The notes under the pieces were generated by a model. It saw only the letters and a program-made list of their open reading frames with translations. It had not been told where the DNA came from and ran no database searches. The translations under genes and the position numbers were made by a program. Below are positions 23,438 through 36,842 of a stretch of DNA of 64,000 bases, piece by piece; the first letter of the stretch is position 1; the number at the start of each line of letters is the position of its first letter. This DNA comes from Epithemia pelagica (Eukaryota > Protista > Bacillariophyta): NCBI GenBank assembly GCA_946965045.2, contig OX337234.1:806001-870000 (forward strand). Reading direction: 5' to 3'.

Positions 23438-26400
23438 TGTGTAATACTTTCGGTCCTGATCAATATATGAAAAGCAAGAACTCAGACCGTGGACAAAGTT
23501 CTACCTTAGTTGTCTTCTTGTGATTTTGGGACTGTGAGAGGCGTTTCGCAGTTTCGTTTTCGATCGTGGAGGAACACATTGCGCTGCGGGATTAGACTCT
23601 CGGAATCGAACGACGTGCAGGCGCGTTTACGCTCCCCCTTTTGTTGTTGTGAGCCACACAAAACGGCGATCGATTTCCTAGTAAAGGTAGATCCATGGAA
23701 CGCTAGGCGGACCTGACTGGAATTTTCAAAGCAATAAAAGGTATACTGTAGCGGTCCATTCCTTTGCTGTTTTTATGTTGTTTCCTGTTCTTCTTCTTCT
23801 TCTTGTGATTGTTTGCATTGGGCCAGATGCTCTTGCAACTTCACGAGGCAATTGGCGGCCTGGAGATAGGATTGCAAACACGCACGAGCCTCTTGTTGCG
23901 CCCGATGCAATTCCTTGGGTGGCAAAGCTCCCGCCAACAATTCCAAAGGATCCATCAAGCCATTGGGAGAAAAAGAGGAAGCCAATGACGACGACGACGA
24001 CACGGGTGGTTGAGACTCGGACTTGGCGGGTTCTTCCTCTGTTTCAGTCACAACCAACATTATTCCAGGAGTGGTTGTAGTCTTGTGGTCCGTTGTGCCC
24101 TTGTTTCGTCGTCGTTGTCGCAATCCTGTTTGTTCGGTGGGAGCATGGATTCGTCGGCTTGGTTCGCTTCTTCTACTGCTTCTTCACGATGCAAGTCGGG
24201 AATGTCACCATCCGTTTTCGTTTGTTTCGTGGTTCGTTCCGCCTTGGTTACTGTGATTGTGGTTGTTTGAGTGGTGGTCGTTGGTCCAGATCAAGGAGAC
24301 ATGAGTCGTGGTGGTGCCTGGTGCGTCTTGTTGTGTATTATTCTTGTTGTGATCTGTAGTCGCACATGGAGGCGAGTGGACTTTCCCATCGTACATTGGA
24401 AGCGGTGCAGTAGGATTCCATGGCCAATAGTGCAGTAGCTGTAACCGAGAAAGACAGCACAGGTGTCGTTGATCTCCAAAGTTTTTTTCCCAATGAGCGT
24501 CTGTAGCCGACGGAAGTTTGAGTGTGGTGATGGCTTATCGACTTGTGCACCCCAAAATACCGTCTTGAAATTCCGGTAATGTTGAGCAGAAAGATGTCAA
24601 GCCTGCGACAACACCCACAGTCAACAAGCGATTTGACAGGCGTCAAAACACATGAGACAACCGCATCTCCAATGTCGTATAAGACATCCGGGCAAAATAA
24701 TGCGTCTGGTCATGATCGCCTGTGTTTTGACCCTCAAAGCCAACCCGAAATGCCCAGGTATCAAAAGCACTCGGTATCTTTAAATCATGGTTGAAAGCCT
24801 TTTTTCTCTTGAACTTCCTGTGGCCTTGTCGCTCGGGTAGGTGCCAGCTACAGTTAGGACGACAACAGCATGCGGAGAGCTGCAAATGTCCAATACGGTT
24901 AGCGTGGAGGCCTCAGAACCATTCTGTGCACACAAAATAGATGGCCTCCCGTTTCAAAATAGTGAAAACCGTCACCTAGAACGATTCTAATATCACAATT
25001 CGAAAATCAGCAACACAACCGATTGGAATACCGCCTTCGTAGACTTGGCCAAACGCGTAGGGGAGCAAACAAGAGGAGCAAAGCTGCCAAACATTTTGTG
25101 GACCCTGATCGTTGCCCTCATCGCTGGATAGATGCTTTGAGCAGATCGTGCATCTTTATTTCGGCACTCTGCTGCTTCTGTCGTTGTCGCTTGCATATTC
25201 CATGACTGAATGGGCTTGATGCATGCTCTCACTCTTTCAGGTGCAACGACCAAAAGGTCTTTGCTGTTCAACGTCAGTCCGTCGTCTCGGCTTTAGTAAT
25301 CCAACTGTAACTGTGGGCAATGAGATATTCTTGATTGGAGCAAGGACAATGATCAACAGCAAACGTCGGTCACGCAGTGATCATAACGATAGCCCAGGTG
25401 CGTTGAAGAAAGATAGTCGGTTTGGAAAGTATTACAAAATGAAGTCTGTTGGTCTATACCTGAAGGAGCCCTTCGCAATGTCATGACTCGAGACAGTGTA
25501 GACCTTGATTGGGAGAAGAACTATGAAGACCACATATCGAAGCCCGCATGTGATTCCATGGATGGTCCTGCCTAAAAGATAACGAATGATTCTCAAAGTT
25601 AATCTGTAGGTTTACCGGACGGTGCCGCAATTAACGCAATGACAAGGGAAGATGTTGACCCGAGGGCTCTGGAATTAGACTGGGACAAGAAATATGAAGC
25701 AAAACACTGGAAGAGGAAATCTGTTGGCTTACCCGACGGATGTTGTGATATGAGAGAGCTTGGATTTAGAACGTCAATTCTAGGCGACAGCGTTGGAGAA
25801 AAAGACCAGTGTGCTACAATATTTGGTCAAGTTGGGATGAAAAACGATGAAGAGCTCCTCAAGTTCAGGAAAGATCTAGAGCATGCGAAAAAAACCCAAG
25901 TCTGTACTCATGGCAGCGATTTCATCGAAGGCTGAGACACAATAAGATGCTTCAAACAACGGAAAGCCGGATTGATGGCTGCAAAAGCATCTAAAGGGCA
26001 ACCCAAAGATGTCAAGCCCTCCGATGGGGAAAATCCGGATTGATGGCAGCGATTGCTGCAAAAAGGTCCCAAAACGACAATGACTCTAACGACTAAGGAG
26101 GGAGATCTGGATTGATGGTGGCCATTGCCGTCTTGGTGCCGAAGAATGACACCGCAGATGCTAACAATGATGGAGCAGGATTGGTTGGCTGCAAATGCCG
26201 CCAGAGCGCCATATCATGAGAGCACCAAGAATGACAAAGCGGGATTGATGGCCGCGATTTCCAACAAGGCACCGAAAAATACCAGTAACTCGAATAACAG
26301 AGGAGGAAGAGCTGCCTTAGTGGCCACCAAGGGGCCGAAGAATGAAATGTTCCAGTCTTAGTTAACCAACTACTTGGAGAAACTCGTGTTGTAACTCCAT

Positions 26401-26973
26401 CGTTTTGTTCAAAGATAGAGCCACTTGCTATTCACACTATTGTTAGAACTTGACGCAGTAGGCAGTTCCAGTCAAACTGTGATAGTGGACAGCTACTACC
26501 GGCAACAAGAATAGCAACAAGTCGGTCACCATTCGGTCCAACTATAGTGACCTGGGTATGCGTGATTTGCCGATGCTCATGGCGGACACTCAATCGGCAC
26601 GTCGTCCACTACGGGGTTGGGCGTCACATTCACCAAGGAAGCAGGGTCAGGAGAAGCCTGGATTGAAGCCGGACCCCCGAATCGAGGTGCCAGTTCTTCG
26701 AGATCGACCCTTCCTTGGCCAAGCTAGGATTCAATCAAGCTACCTAGGTAGTATCCATGCCCAGATAGGGGGGATTGAGGTCTTTTGATTCCTTCATTAC
26801 AATCGATTTCAGTGTTTTGAGTACATAGGCCAATTTTATTACCGAAATAGTGGGAACTTGATCTAACGACCCGGATACGTCGAACCAATTTATCATTTTG
26901 CGTTCCAACGGCCACTACATGTAGAGAACTGCAATCTGCATTCTTGCCCTCAGTAGAGAAGCTGCTGCTACTA

Positions 26974-28368
26974 CTAGGAACGAATCGATCCACCTCGTCT
27001 TGCATAAATGGTAAAGTAACCCTCTGGAATACCATTCTGTTGCTGCTTTGATGATCTCTTGTGGTTATCCACTCGCTTTGGAGCTTCTTCGTCGTAGAAG
27101 ACAACCCGCCTGGGACTCCCGCTGGTCAACGACCCCAAGAAAGGCTCTTCTTCAAATCGGACGAGCTCGCATGGACTAAAACAAACAGTTTCCTCAATGC
27201 CATAGAGATGTCGAATTCCCATTGATTTCAAAGTAGTGAGACTTACAACAAAGAATGGCTTGTGTTCCCAGGAGTTTTGGATGAGAAACTCTAAATCTCC
27301 ATTCACGAGACGAACGCCCACGACAAGAACGGCATGGTTGGGGTTGAGAAACTGTGCGGACTGTTCCTCATGCCACGGCGCGCGAAATAGCAAATCGTCA
27401 CTGTCGATAAGCTCTTGTGTGACCTTCAATCCCTCAATCATGTATGCACCGTTTGTCTGCAGTGTCTCTGAGAAAAGGTCAAAGAGCGTATGAGCTTTGC
27501 CAAGGAAAATTGGAAACTCATGGACGACCTTTTTGTCGGGATTCTGTTCCTGCAGGAGTCTTTTGGCATGAGGCTCTAAATGGCCACCGTCGCCGCGAAA
27601 GATATTGGAAAAGATCTCTTTGGGGGAGAATCTGTTCCGCATGTACCGACACACATTGATGTGTTTGTACTTTGGCTCTTTCTCCACAACATCATCCGAG
27701 GAGCTAGTTCTTTTCTTTACTCGTTGAAGTTCGCCCAAGTAGTAAATGGCGTTCGCCACCACGACAGCGTAGCAGATCGTTGAGTCTTGTCGCTGGTATC
27801 GGAGAAAGGGTTTGACACCTTCATCAAAAAGGGTTACCTTGGTTTCGGATTTTTCGGTACCCCATTCTGGATGGCGTTGAAGAAAGTCTGCAAATTTCGA
27901 ATGACCAGAATCACCAGAGTCTTCTTCGTCGCCTTTCTTCCGGACAAAGGCATCAAGTCTCTTTCCAAATGCAGACTCGGGATCCATTACAGCGTCGATG
28001 AGATTTTGGAATATACAGTTTGGGTCTTTTTGAACTAGTTCAGGCTGCTTCTTGAGCAGGAGGAACGCTGCCTTGACCTTTTGGATTCCGGTGAGTGTGC
28101 TCCATTCATGGCGACTAGCAAGAGAATTCCATTCGACAGCTATTGCGTGAATAGGACGGTCCGATAACTTTGCTTGGGGAGGTGTACATTTGTTCTGCTG
28201 AAAGAGGTCGTGGACCGTCTTTAGTCGAGTCTTTGGAGACTGAATACTTCCCGTCGTCTCTTCTTCCTCGGTGGACGCCGTTACACTTTGAAGATCGGGA
28301 ATATCCTCAAACTTGCTCCAGTCCATACTCTCAACAGTCTCGTGATTGTTGATGGCTTCTTGACTCAT
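26974..28368 (-). CDS. Papain-fold cysteine protease, 464 aa, type B with 9-bp in-frame deletion, unit 6
   Basis: Intact ORF with the same deletion as unit 4. Confidence 0.88.
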   Translation of the reverse strand: MSQEAINNHETVESMDWSKFEDIPDLQSVTASTEEEETTGSIQSPKTRLKTVHDLFQQNKCTPPQAKLSDRPIHAIAVEWNSLASRHEWSTLTGIQKVKAAFLLLKKQPELVQKDPNCIFQNLIDAVMDPESAFGKRLDAFVRKKGDEEDSGDSGHSKFADFLQRHPEWGTEKSETKVTLFDEGVKPFLRYQRQDSTICYAVVVANAIYYLGELQRVKKRTSSSDDVVEKEPKYKHINVCRYMRNRFSPKEIFSNIFRGDGGHLEPHAKRLLQEQNPDKKVVHEFPIFLGKAHTLFDLFSETLQTNGAYMIEGLKVTQELIDSDDLLFRAPWHEEQSAQFLNPNHAVLVVGVRLVNGDLEFLIQNSWEHKPFFVVSLTTLKSMGIRHLYGIEETVCFSPCELVRFEEEPFLGSLTSGSPRRVVFYDEEAPKRVDNHKRSSKQQQNGIPEGYFTIYARRGGSIRS

Positions 28369-31300
28369 TGTGTAATACTTTCGGTCCTGATCAATATATG
28401 AAAAGCAAGAACTCAGACCGTGGACAAAGTTCTACCTTAGTTGTCTTCTTGTGATTTTGGGACTGTGAGAGGCGTTTCGCAGTTTCGTTTTCGATCGTGG
28501 AGGAACACATTGCGCTGCGGGATTAGACTCTCGGAATCGAACGACGTGCAGGCGCGTTTACGCTCCCCCTTTTGTTGTTGTGAGCCACACAAAACGGCGA
28601 TCGATTTCCTAGTAAAGGTAGATCCATGGAACGCTAGGCGGACCTGACTGGAATTTTCAAAGCAATAAAAGGTATACTGTAGCGGTCCATTCCTTTGCTG
28701 TTTTTATGTTGTTTCCTGTTCTTCTTCTTCTTCTTGTGATTGTTTGCATTGGGCCAGATGCTCTTGCAACTTCACGAGGCAATTGGCGGCCTGGAGATAG
28801 GATTGCAAACACGCACGAGCCTCTTGTTGCGCCCGATGCAATTCCTTGGGTGGCAAAGCTCCCGCCAACAATTCCAAAGGATCCATCAAGCCATTGGGAG
28901 AAAAAGAGGAAGCCAATGACGACGACGACGACACGGGTGGTTGAGACTCGGACTTGGCGGGTTCTTCCTCTGTTTCAGTCACAACCAACATTATTCCAGG
29001 AGTGGTTGTAGTCTTGTGGTCCGTTGTGCCCTTGTTTCGTCGTCGTTGTCGCAATCCTGTTTGTTCGGTGGGAGCATGGATTCGTCGGCTTGGTTCGCTT
29101 CTTCTACTGCTTCTTCACGATGCAAGTCGGGAATGTCACCATCCGTTTTCGTTTGTTTCGTGGTTCGTTCCGCCTTGGTTACTGTGATTGTGGTTGTTTG
29201 AGTGGTGGTCGTTGGTCCAGATCAAGGAGACATGAGTCGTGGTGGTGCCTGGTGCGTCTTGTTGTGTATTATTCTTGTTGTGATCTGTAGTCGCACATGG
29301 AGGCGAGTGGACTTTCCCATCGTACATTGGAAGCGGTGCAGTAGGATTCCATGGCCAATAGTGCAGTAGCTGTAACCGAGAAAGACGGCACAGGTGTCGT
29401 TGATCTCCAAAGTTTTTTTCCCAATGAGCGTCTGTAGCCGACGGAAGTTTGAGTGTGGTGATGGCTTATCGACTTGTGCACCCCAAAATACCGTCTTGAA
29501 ATTCCGGTAATGTTGAGCAGAAAGATGTCAAGCCTGCGACAACACCCACAGTCAACAAGCGATTTGACAGGCGTCAAAACACATGAGACAACCGCATCTC
29601 CAATGTCGTATAAGACATCCGGGCAAAATAATGCGTCTGGTCATGATCGCCTGTGTTTTGACCCTCAAAGCCAACCCGAAATGCCCAGGTATCAAAAGCA
29701 CTCGGTATCTTTAAATCATGGTTGAAAGCCTTTTTTCTCTTGAACTTCCTGTGGCCTTGTCGCTCGGGTAGGTGCCAGCTACAGTTAGGACGACAACAGC
29801 ATGCGGAGAGCTGCAAATGTCCAATACGGTTAGCGTGGAGGCCTCAGAACCATTCTGTGCACACAAAATAGATGGCCTCCCGTTTCAAAATAGTGAAAGC
29901 CGTCACCTAGAACGATTCTAATATCACAATTCGAAAATCAGCAACACAACCGATTGGAATACCGCCTTCGTAGACTTGGCCAAACGCGTAGGGGAGCAAA
30001 CAAGAGGAGCAAAGCTGCCAAACATTTTGTGGACCCTGATCGTTGCCCTCATCGCTGGATAGATGCTTTGAGCAGATCGTGCATCTTTATTTCGGCACTC
30101 TGCTGCTTCTGTCGTTGTCGCTTGCATATTCCATGACTGAATGGGCTTGATGCATGCTCTCACTCTTTCAGGTGCAACGACCAAAAGGTCTTTGCTGTTC
30201 AACGTCAGTCCGTCGTCTCGGCTTTAGTAATCCAACTGTAACTGTGGGCAATGAGATATTCTTGATTGGAGCAAGGACAATGATCAACAGCAAACGTCGG
30301 TCACGCAGTGATCATAACGATAGCCCAGGTGCGTTGAAGAAAGATAGTCGGTTTGGAAAGTATTACAAAATGAAGTCTGTTGGTCTATACCTGAAGGAGC
30401 CCTTCGCAATGTCATGACTCGAGACAGTGTAGACCTTGATTGGGAGAAGAACTATGAAGACCACATATCGAAGCCCGCATGTGATTCCATGGATGGTCCT
30501 GCCTAAAAGATAACGAACGATTCTCAAAGTTAATCTGTAGGTTTACCGGACGGTGCCGCAATTAACGCAATGACAAGGGAAGATGTTGACCCGAGGGCTC
30601 TGGAATTAGACTGGGACAAGAAATATGAAGCAAAACACTGGAAGAGGAAATCTGTTGGCTTACCCGACGGATGTTGTGATATGAGAGAGCTTGGATTTAG
30701 AACGTCAATTCTAGGCGACAGCGTTGGAGAAAAAGACCAGTGTGCTACAATATTTGGTCAAGTTGGGATGAAAAACGATGAAGAGCTCCTCAAGTTCAGG
30801 AAAGATCTAGAGCATGCGAAAAAAACCCAAGTCTGTACTCATGGCAGCGATTTCATCGAAGGCTGAGACACAATAAGATGCTTCAAACAACGGAAAGCCG
30901 GATTGATGGCTGCAAAAGCATCTAAAGGGCAACCCAAAGATGTCAAGCCCTCCGATGGGGAAAATCCGGATTGATGGCAGCGATTGCTGCAAAAAGGTCC
31001 CAAAACGACAATGACTCTAACGACTAAGGAGGGAGATCTGGATTGATGGTGGCCATTGCCGTCTTGGTGCCGAAGAATGACACCGCAGATGCTAACAATG
31101 ATGGAGCAGGATTGGTTGGCTGCAAATGCCGCCAGAGCGCCATATCATGAGAGCACCAAGAATGACAAAGCGGGATTGATGGCCGCGATTTCCAACAAGG
31201 CACCGAAAAATACCAGTAACTCGAATGACAGAGGAGGAAGAGCTGCCTTAGTGGCCACCAAGGGGCCGAAGAATGAAATGTTCCAGTCTTAGTTAACCAA

Positions 31301-31904
31301 CTACTTGGAGAAACTCGTGTTGTAACTCCATCGTTTTGTTCAAAGATAGAGCCACTTGCTATTCACACTATTGTTAGAACTTGACGCAGTAGGCAGTTCC
31401 AGTCAAACTGTGATAGTGGACAGCTACTACCGGCAACAAGAATAGCAACAAGTCGGTCACCATTCGGTCCAACTATAGTGACCTGGGTATGCGTGATTTG
31501 CCGATGCTCATGGCGGACACTCAATCGGCACGTCGTCCACTACGGGGTTGGGCGTCACATTCACCAAGGAAGCAGGGTCAGGAGAAGCCTGGATTGAAGC
31601 CGGACCCCCGAATCGAGGTGCCAGTTCTTCGAGATCGACCCTTCCTTGGCCAAGCTAGGATTCAATCAAGCTACCTAGGTAGTATCCATGCCCAGATAGG
31701 GGGGATTGAGGTCTTTTGATTCCTTCATTACAATCGATTTCAGTGTTTTGAGTACATAGGCCAATTTTATTACCGAAATAGTGGGAACTTGATCTAACGA
31801 CCCGGATACGTCGAACCAATTTATCATTTTGCGTTCCAACGGCCACTACATGTAGAGAACTGCAATCTGCATTCTTGCCCTCAGTAGAGAAGCTGCTGCT
31901 ACTA

Positions 31905-33308
31905 CTAGGAACGAATCGATCCACCTCGTCTTGCATAAATGGTAAAGTAACCCTCTGGAATACCATTCTGTTGCTGCTTTGATGATCTCTTGTGGTTATC
32001 CACTCGCTTTGGAGCTTCTTCGTCGTAGAAGACAACCCGCCTGGGACTCCCGCTGGTCAACGACCCCAAGAAAGGCTCTTCTTCAAATCGGACGAGCTCG
32101 CATGGACTAAAACAAACAGTTTCCTCAATGCCATAGAGATGTCGAATTCCCATTGATTTCAAAGTAGTGAGACTTACAACAAAGAATGGCTTGTGTTCCC
32201 AGGAGTTTTGGATGAGAAACTCTAAATCTCCATTCACGAGACGAACGCCCACGACAAGAACGGCATGGTTGGGGTTGAGAAACTGTGCGGACTGTTCCTC
32301 ATGCCACGGCGCGCGAAATAGCAAATCGTCACTGTCGATAAGCTCTTGTGTGACCTTCAATCCCTCAATCATGTATGCACCGTTTGTCTGCAGTGTCTCT
32401 GAGAAAAGGTCAAAGAGCGTATGAGCTTTGCCAAGGAAAATTGGAAACTCATGGACGACCTTTTTGTCGGGATTCTGTTCCTGCAGGAGTCTTTTGGCAT
32501 GAGGCTCTAAATGGCCACCGTCGCCGCGAAAGATATTGGAAAAGATCTCTTTGGGGGAGAATCTGTTCCGCATGTACCGACACACATTGATGTGTTTGTA
32601 CTTTGGCTCTTTCTCCACAACATCATCCGAGGAGCTAGTTCTTTTCTTTACTCGTTGAAGTTCGCCCAAGTAGTAAATGGCGTTCGCCACCACGACAGCG
32701 TAGCAGATCGTTGAGTCTTGTCGCTGGTATCGGAGAAAGGGTTTGACACCTTCATCAAAAAGGGTTACCTTGGTTTCGGATTTTTCGGTACCCCATTCTG
32801 GATGGCGTTGAAGAAAGTCTGCAAATTTCGAATGACCAGAATCACCAGAGTCTTCTTCGTCGCCTTTCTTCCGGACAAAGGCATCAAGTCTCTTTCCAAA
32901 TGCAGACTCGGGATCCATTACAGCGTCGATGAGATTTTGGAATATACAGTTTGGGTCTTTTTGAACTAGTTCAGGCTGCTTCTTGAGCAGGAGGAACGCT
33001 GCCTTGACCTTTTGGATTCCGGTGAGTGTGCTCCATTCATGGCGACTAGCAAGAGAATTCCATTCGACAGCTATAGCGTGAATAGGACGGTCCGATAACT
33101 TTGCTTGGGGAGGTGTACATTTGTTCTGCTGAAAGAGGTCGTGGACCGTCTTTAGTCGAGTCTTTGGAGACTGAATACTTCCCGTCGTCTCTTCTTCCTC
33201 GTCAGCCTCGGTGGACGCCGTTACACTTTGAAGATCGGGAATATCCTCAAACTTGCTCCAGTCCATACTCTCAACAGTCTCGTGATTGTTGATGGCTTCT
33301 TGACTCAT
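31905..33308 (-). CDS. Papain-fold cysteine protease, 467 aa, type B, unit 7
   Basis: Intact ORF with catalytic motifs. Confidence 0.88.
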   Translation of the reverse strand: MSQEAINNHETVESMDWSKFEDIPDLQSVTASTEADEEEETTGSIQSPKTRLKTVHDLFQQNKCTPPQAKLSDRPIHAIAVEWNSLASRHEWSTLTGIQKVKAAFLLLKKQPELVQKDPNCIFQNLIDAVMDPESAFGKRLDAFVRKKGDEEDSGDSGHSKFADFLQRHPEWGTEKSETKVTLFDEGVKPFLRYQRQDSTICYAVVVANAIYYLGELQRVKKRTSSSDDVVEKEPKYKHINVCRYMRNRFSPKEIFSNIFRGDGGHLEPHAKRLLQEQNPDKKVVHEFPIFLGKAHTLFDLFSETLQTNGAYMIEGLKVTQELIDSDDLLFRAPWHEEQSAQFLNPNHAVLVVGVRLVNGDLEFLIQNSWEHKPFFVVSLTTLKSMGIRHLYGIEETVCFSPCELVRFEEEPFLGSLTSGSPRRVVFYDEEAPKRVDNHKRSSKQQQNGIPEGYFTIYARRGGSIRS

Positions 33309-36300
33309 TGTGTAATACTTTCGGTCCTGATCAATATATGAAAAGCAAGAACTCAGACCGTGGACAAAGTTCTACCTTAGTTGTCTTCTTGTGATTTTGG
33401 GACTGTGAGAGGCGTTTCGCAGTTTCGTTTTCGATCGTGGAGGAACACATTGCGCTGCGGGATTAGACTCTCGGAATCGAACGACGTGCAGGCGCGTTTA
33501 CGCTCCCCCTTTTGTTGTTGTGAGCCACACAAAACGGCGATCGATTTCCTAGTAAAGGTAGATCCATGGAACGCTAGGCGGACCTGACTGGAATTTTCAA
33601 AGCAATAAAAGGTATACTGTAGCGGTCCATTCCTTTGCTGTTTTTATGTTGTTTCCTGTTCTTCTTCTTCTTCTTGTGATTGTTTGCATTGGGCCAGATG
33701 CTCTTGCAACTTCACGAGGCAATTGGCGGCCTGGAGATAGGATTGCAAACACGCACGAGCCTCTTGTTGCGCCCGATGCAATTCCTTGGGTGGCAAAGCT
33801 CCCGCCAACAATTCCAAAGGATCCATCAAGCCATTGGGAGAAAAAGAGGAAGCCAATGACGACGACGACGACACGGGTGGTTGAGACTCGGACTTGGCGG
33901 GTTCTTCCTCTGTTTCAGTCACAACCAACATTATTCCAGGAGTGGTTGTAGTCTTGTGGTCCGTTGTGCCCTTGTTTCGTCGTCGTTGTCGCAATCCTGT
34001 TTGTTCGGTGGGAGCATGGATTCGTCGGCTTGGTTCGCTTCTTCTACTGCTTCTTCACGATGCAAGTCGGGAATGTCACCATCCGTTTTCGTTTGTTTCG
34101 TGGTTCGTTCCGCCTTGGTTACTGTGATTGTGGTTGTTTGAGTGGTGGTCGTTGGTCCAGATCAAGGAGACATGAGTCGTGGTGGTGCCTGGTGCGTCTT
34201 GTTGTGTATTATTCTTGTTGTGATCTGTAGTCGCACATGGAGGCGAGTGGACTTTCCCATCGTACATTGGAAGCGGTGCAGTAGGATTCCATGGCCAATA
34301 GTGCAGTAGCTGTAACCGAGAAAGACAGCACAGGTGTCGTTGATCTCCAAAGTTTTTTTCCCAATGAGCGTCTGTAGCCGACGGAAGTTTGAGTGTGGTG
34401 ATGGCTTATCGACTTGTGCACCCCAAAATACCGTCTTGAAATTCCGGTAATGTTGAGCAGAAAGATGTCAAGCCTGCGACAACACCCACAGTCAACAAGC
34501 GATTTGACAGGCGTCAAAACACATGAGACAACCGCATCTCCAATGTCGTATAAGACATCCGGGCAAAATAATGCGTCTGGTCATGATCGCCTGTGTTTTG
34601 ACCCTCAAAGCCAACCCGAAATGCCCAGGTATCAAAAGCACTCGGTATCTTTAAATCATGGTTGAAAGCCTTTTTTCTCTTGAACTTCCTGTGGCCTTGT
34701 CGCTCGGGTAGGTGCCAGCTACAGTTAGGACGACAACAGCATGCGGAGAGCTGCAAATGTCCAATACGGTTAGCGTGGAGGCCTCAGAACCATTCTGTGC
34801 ACAAAATAGATGGCCTCCCGTTTCAAAATAGTGAAAACCGTCACCTAGAACGATTCTAATATCACAATTCGAAAATCAGCAACACAACCGATTGGAATAC
34901 CGCCTTCGTAGACTTGGCCAAACGCGTAGGGGAGCAAACAAGAGGAGCAAAGCTGCCAAACATTTTGTGGACCCTGATCGTTGCCCTCATCGCTGGATAG
35001 ATGCTTTGAGCAGATCGTGCATCTTTATTTCGGCACTCTGCTGCTTCTGTCGTTGTCGCTTGCATATTCCATGACTGAATGGGCTTGATGCATGCTCTCA
35101 CTCTTTCAGGTGCAACGACCAAAAGGTCTTTGCTGTTCAACGTCAGTCCGTCGTCTCGGCTTTAGTAATCCAACTGTAACTGTGGGCAATGAGATATTCT
35201 TGATTGGAGCAAGGACAATGATCAACAGCAAACGTCGGTCACGCAGTGATCATAACGATAGCCCAGGTGCGTTGAAGAAAGATAGTCGGTTTGGAAAGTA
35301 TTACAAAATGAAGTCTGTTGGTCTATACCTGAAGGAGCCCTTCGCAATGTCATGACTCGAGACAGTGTAGACCTTGATTGGGAGAAGAACTATGAAGACC
35401 ACATATCGAAGCCCGCATGTGATTCCATGGATGGTCCTGCCTAAAAGATAACGAACGATTCTCAAAGTTAATCTGTAGGTTTACCGGACGGTGCCGCAAT
35501 TAACGCAATGACAAGGGAAGATGTTGACCCGAGGGCTCTGGAATTAGACTGGGACAAGAAATATGAAGCAAAACACTGGAAGAGGAAATCTGTTGGCTTA
35601 CCCGACGGATGTTGTGATATGAGAGAGCTTGGATTTAGAACGTCAATTCTAGGCGACAGCGTTGGAGAAAAAGACCAGTGTGCTACAATATTTGGTCAAG
35701 TTGGGATGAAAAACGATGAAGAGCTCCTCAAGTTCAGGAAAGATCTAGAGCATGCGAAAAAAACCCAAGTCTGTACTCATGGCAGCGATTTCATCGAAGG
35801 CTGAGACACAATAAGATGCTTCAAACAACGGAAAGCCGGATTGATGGCTGCAAAAGCATCTAAAGGGCAACCCAAAGATGTCAAGCCCTCCGATGGGGAA
35901 AATCCGGATTGATGGCAGCGATTGCTGCAAAAAGGTCCCAAAACGACAATGACTCTAACGACTAAGGAGGGAGATCTGGATTGATGGTGGCCATTGCCGT
36001 CTTGGTGCCGAAGAATGACACCGCAGATGCTAACAATGATGGAGCAGGATTGGTTGGCTGCAAATGCCGCCAGAGCGCCATATCATGAGAGCACCAAGAA
36101 TGACAAAGCGGGATTGATGGCCGCGATTTCCAACAAGGCACCGAAAAATACCAGTAACTCGAATAACAGAGGAGGAAGAGCTGCCTTAGTGGCCACCAAG
36201 GGGCCGAAGAATGAAATGTTCCAGTCTTAGTTAACCAACTACTTGGAGAAACTCGTGTTGTAACTCCATCGTTTTGTTCAAAGATAGAGCCACTTGCTAT

Positions 36301-36842
36301 TCACACTATTGTTAGAACTTGACGCAGTAGGCAGTTCCAGTCAAACTGTGATAGTGGACAGCTACTACCGGCAACAAGAATAGCAACAAGTCGGTCACCA
36401 TTCGGTCCAACTATAGTGACCTGGGTATGCGTGATTTGCCGATGCTCATGGCGGACACTCAATCGGCACGTCGTCCACTACGGGGTTGGGCGTCACATTC
36501 ACCAAGGAAGCAGGGTCAGGAGAAGCCTGGATTGAAGCCGGACCCCCGAATCGAGGTGCCAGTTCTTCGAGATCGACCCTTCCTTGGCCAAGCTAGGATT
36601 CAATCAAGCTACCTAGGTAGTATCCATGCCCAGATAGGGGGGATTGAGGTCTTTTGATTCCTTCATTACAATCGATTTCAGTGTTTTGAGTACATAGGCC
36701 AATTTTATTACCGAAATAGTGGGAACTTGATCTAACGACCCGGATACGTCGAACCAATTTATCATTTTGCGTTCCAACGGCCACTACATGTAGAGAACTG
36801 CAATCTGCATTCTTGCCCTCAGTAGAGAAGCTGCTGCTACTA

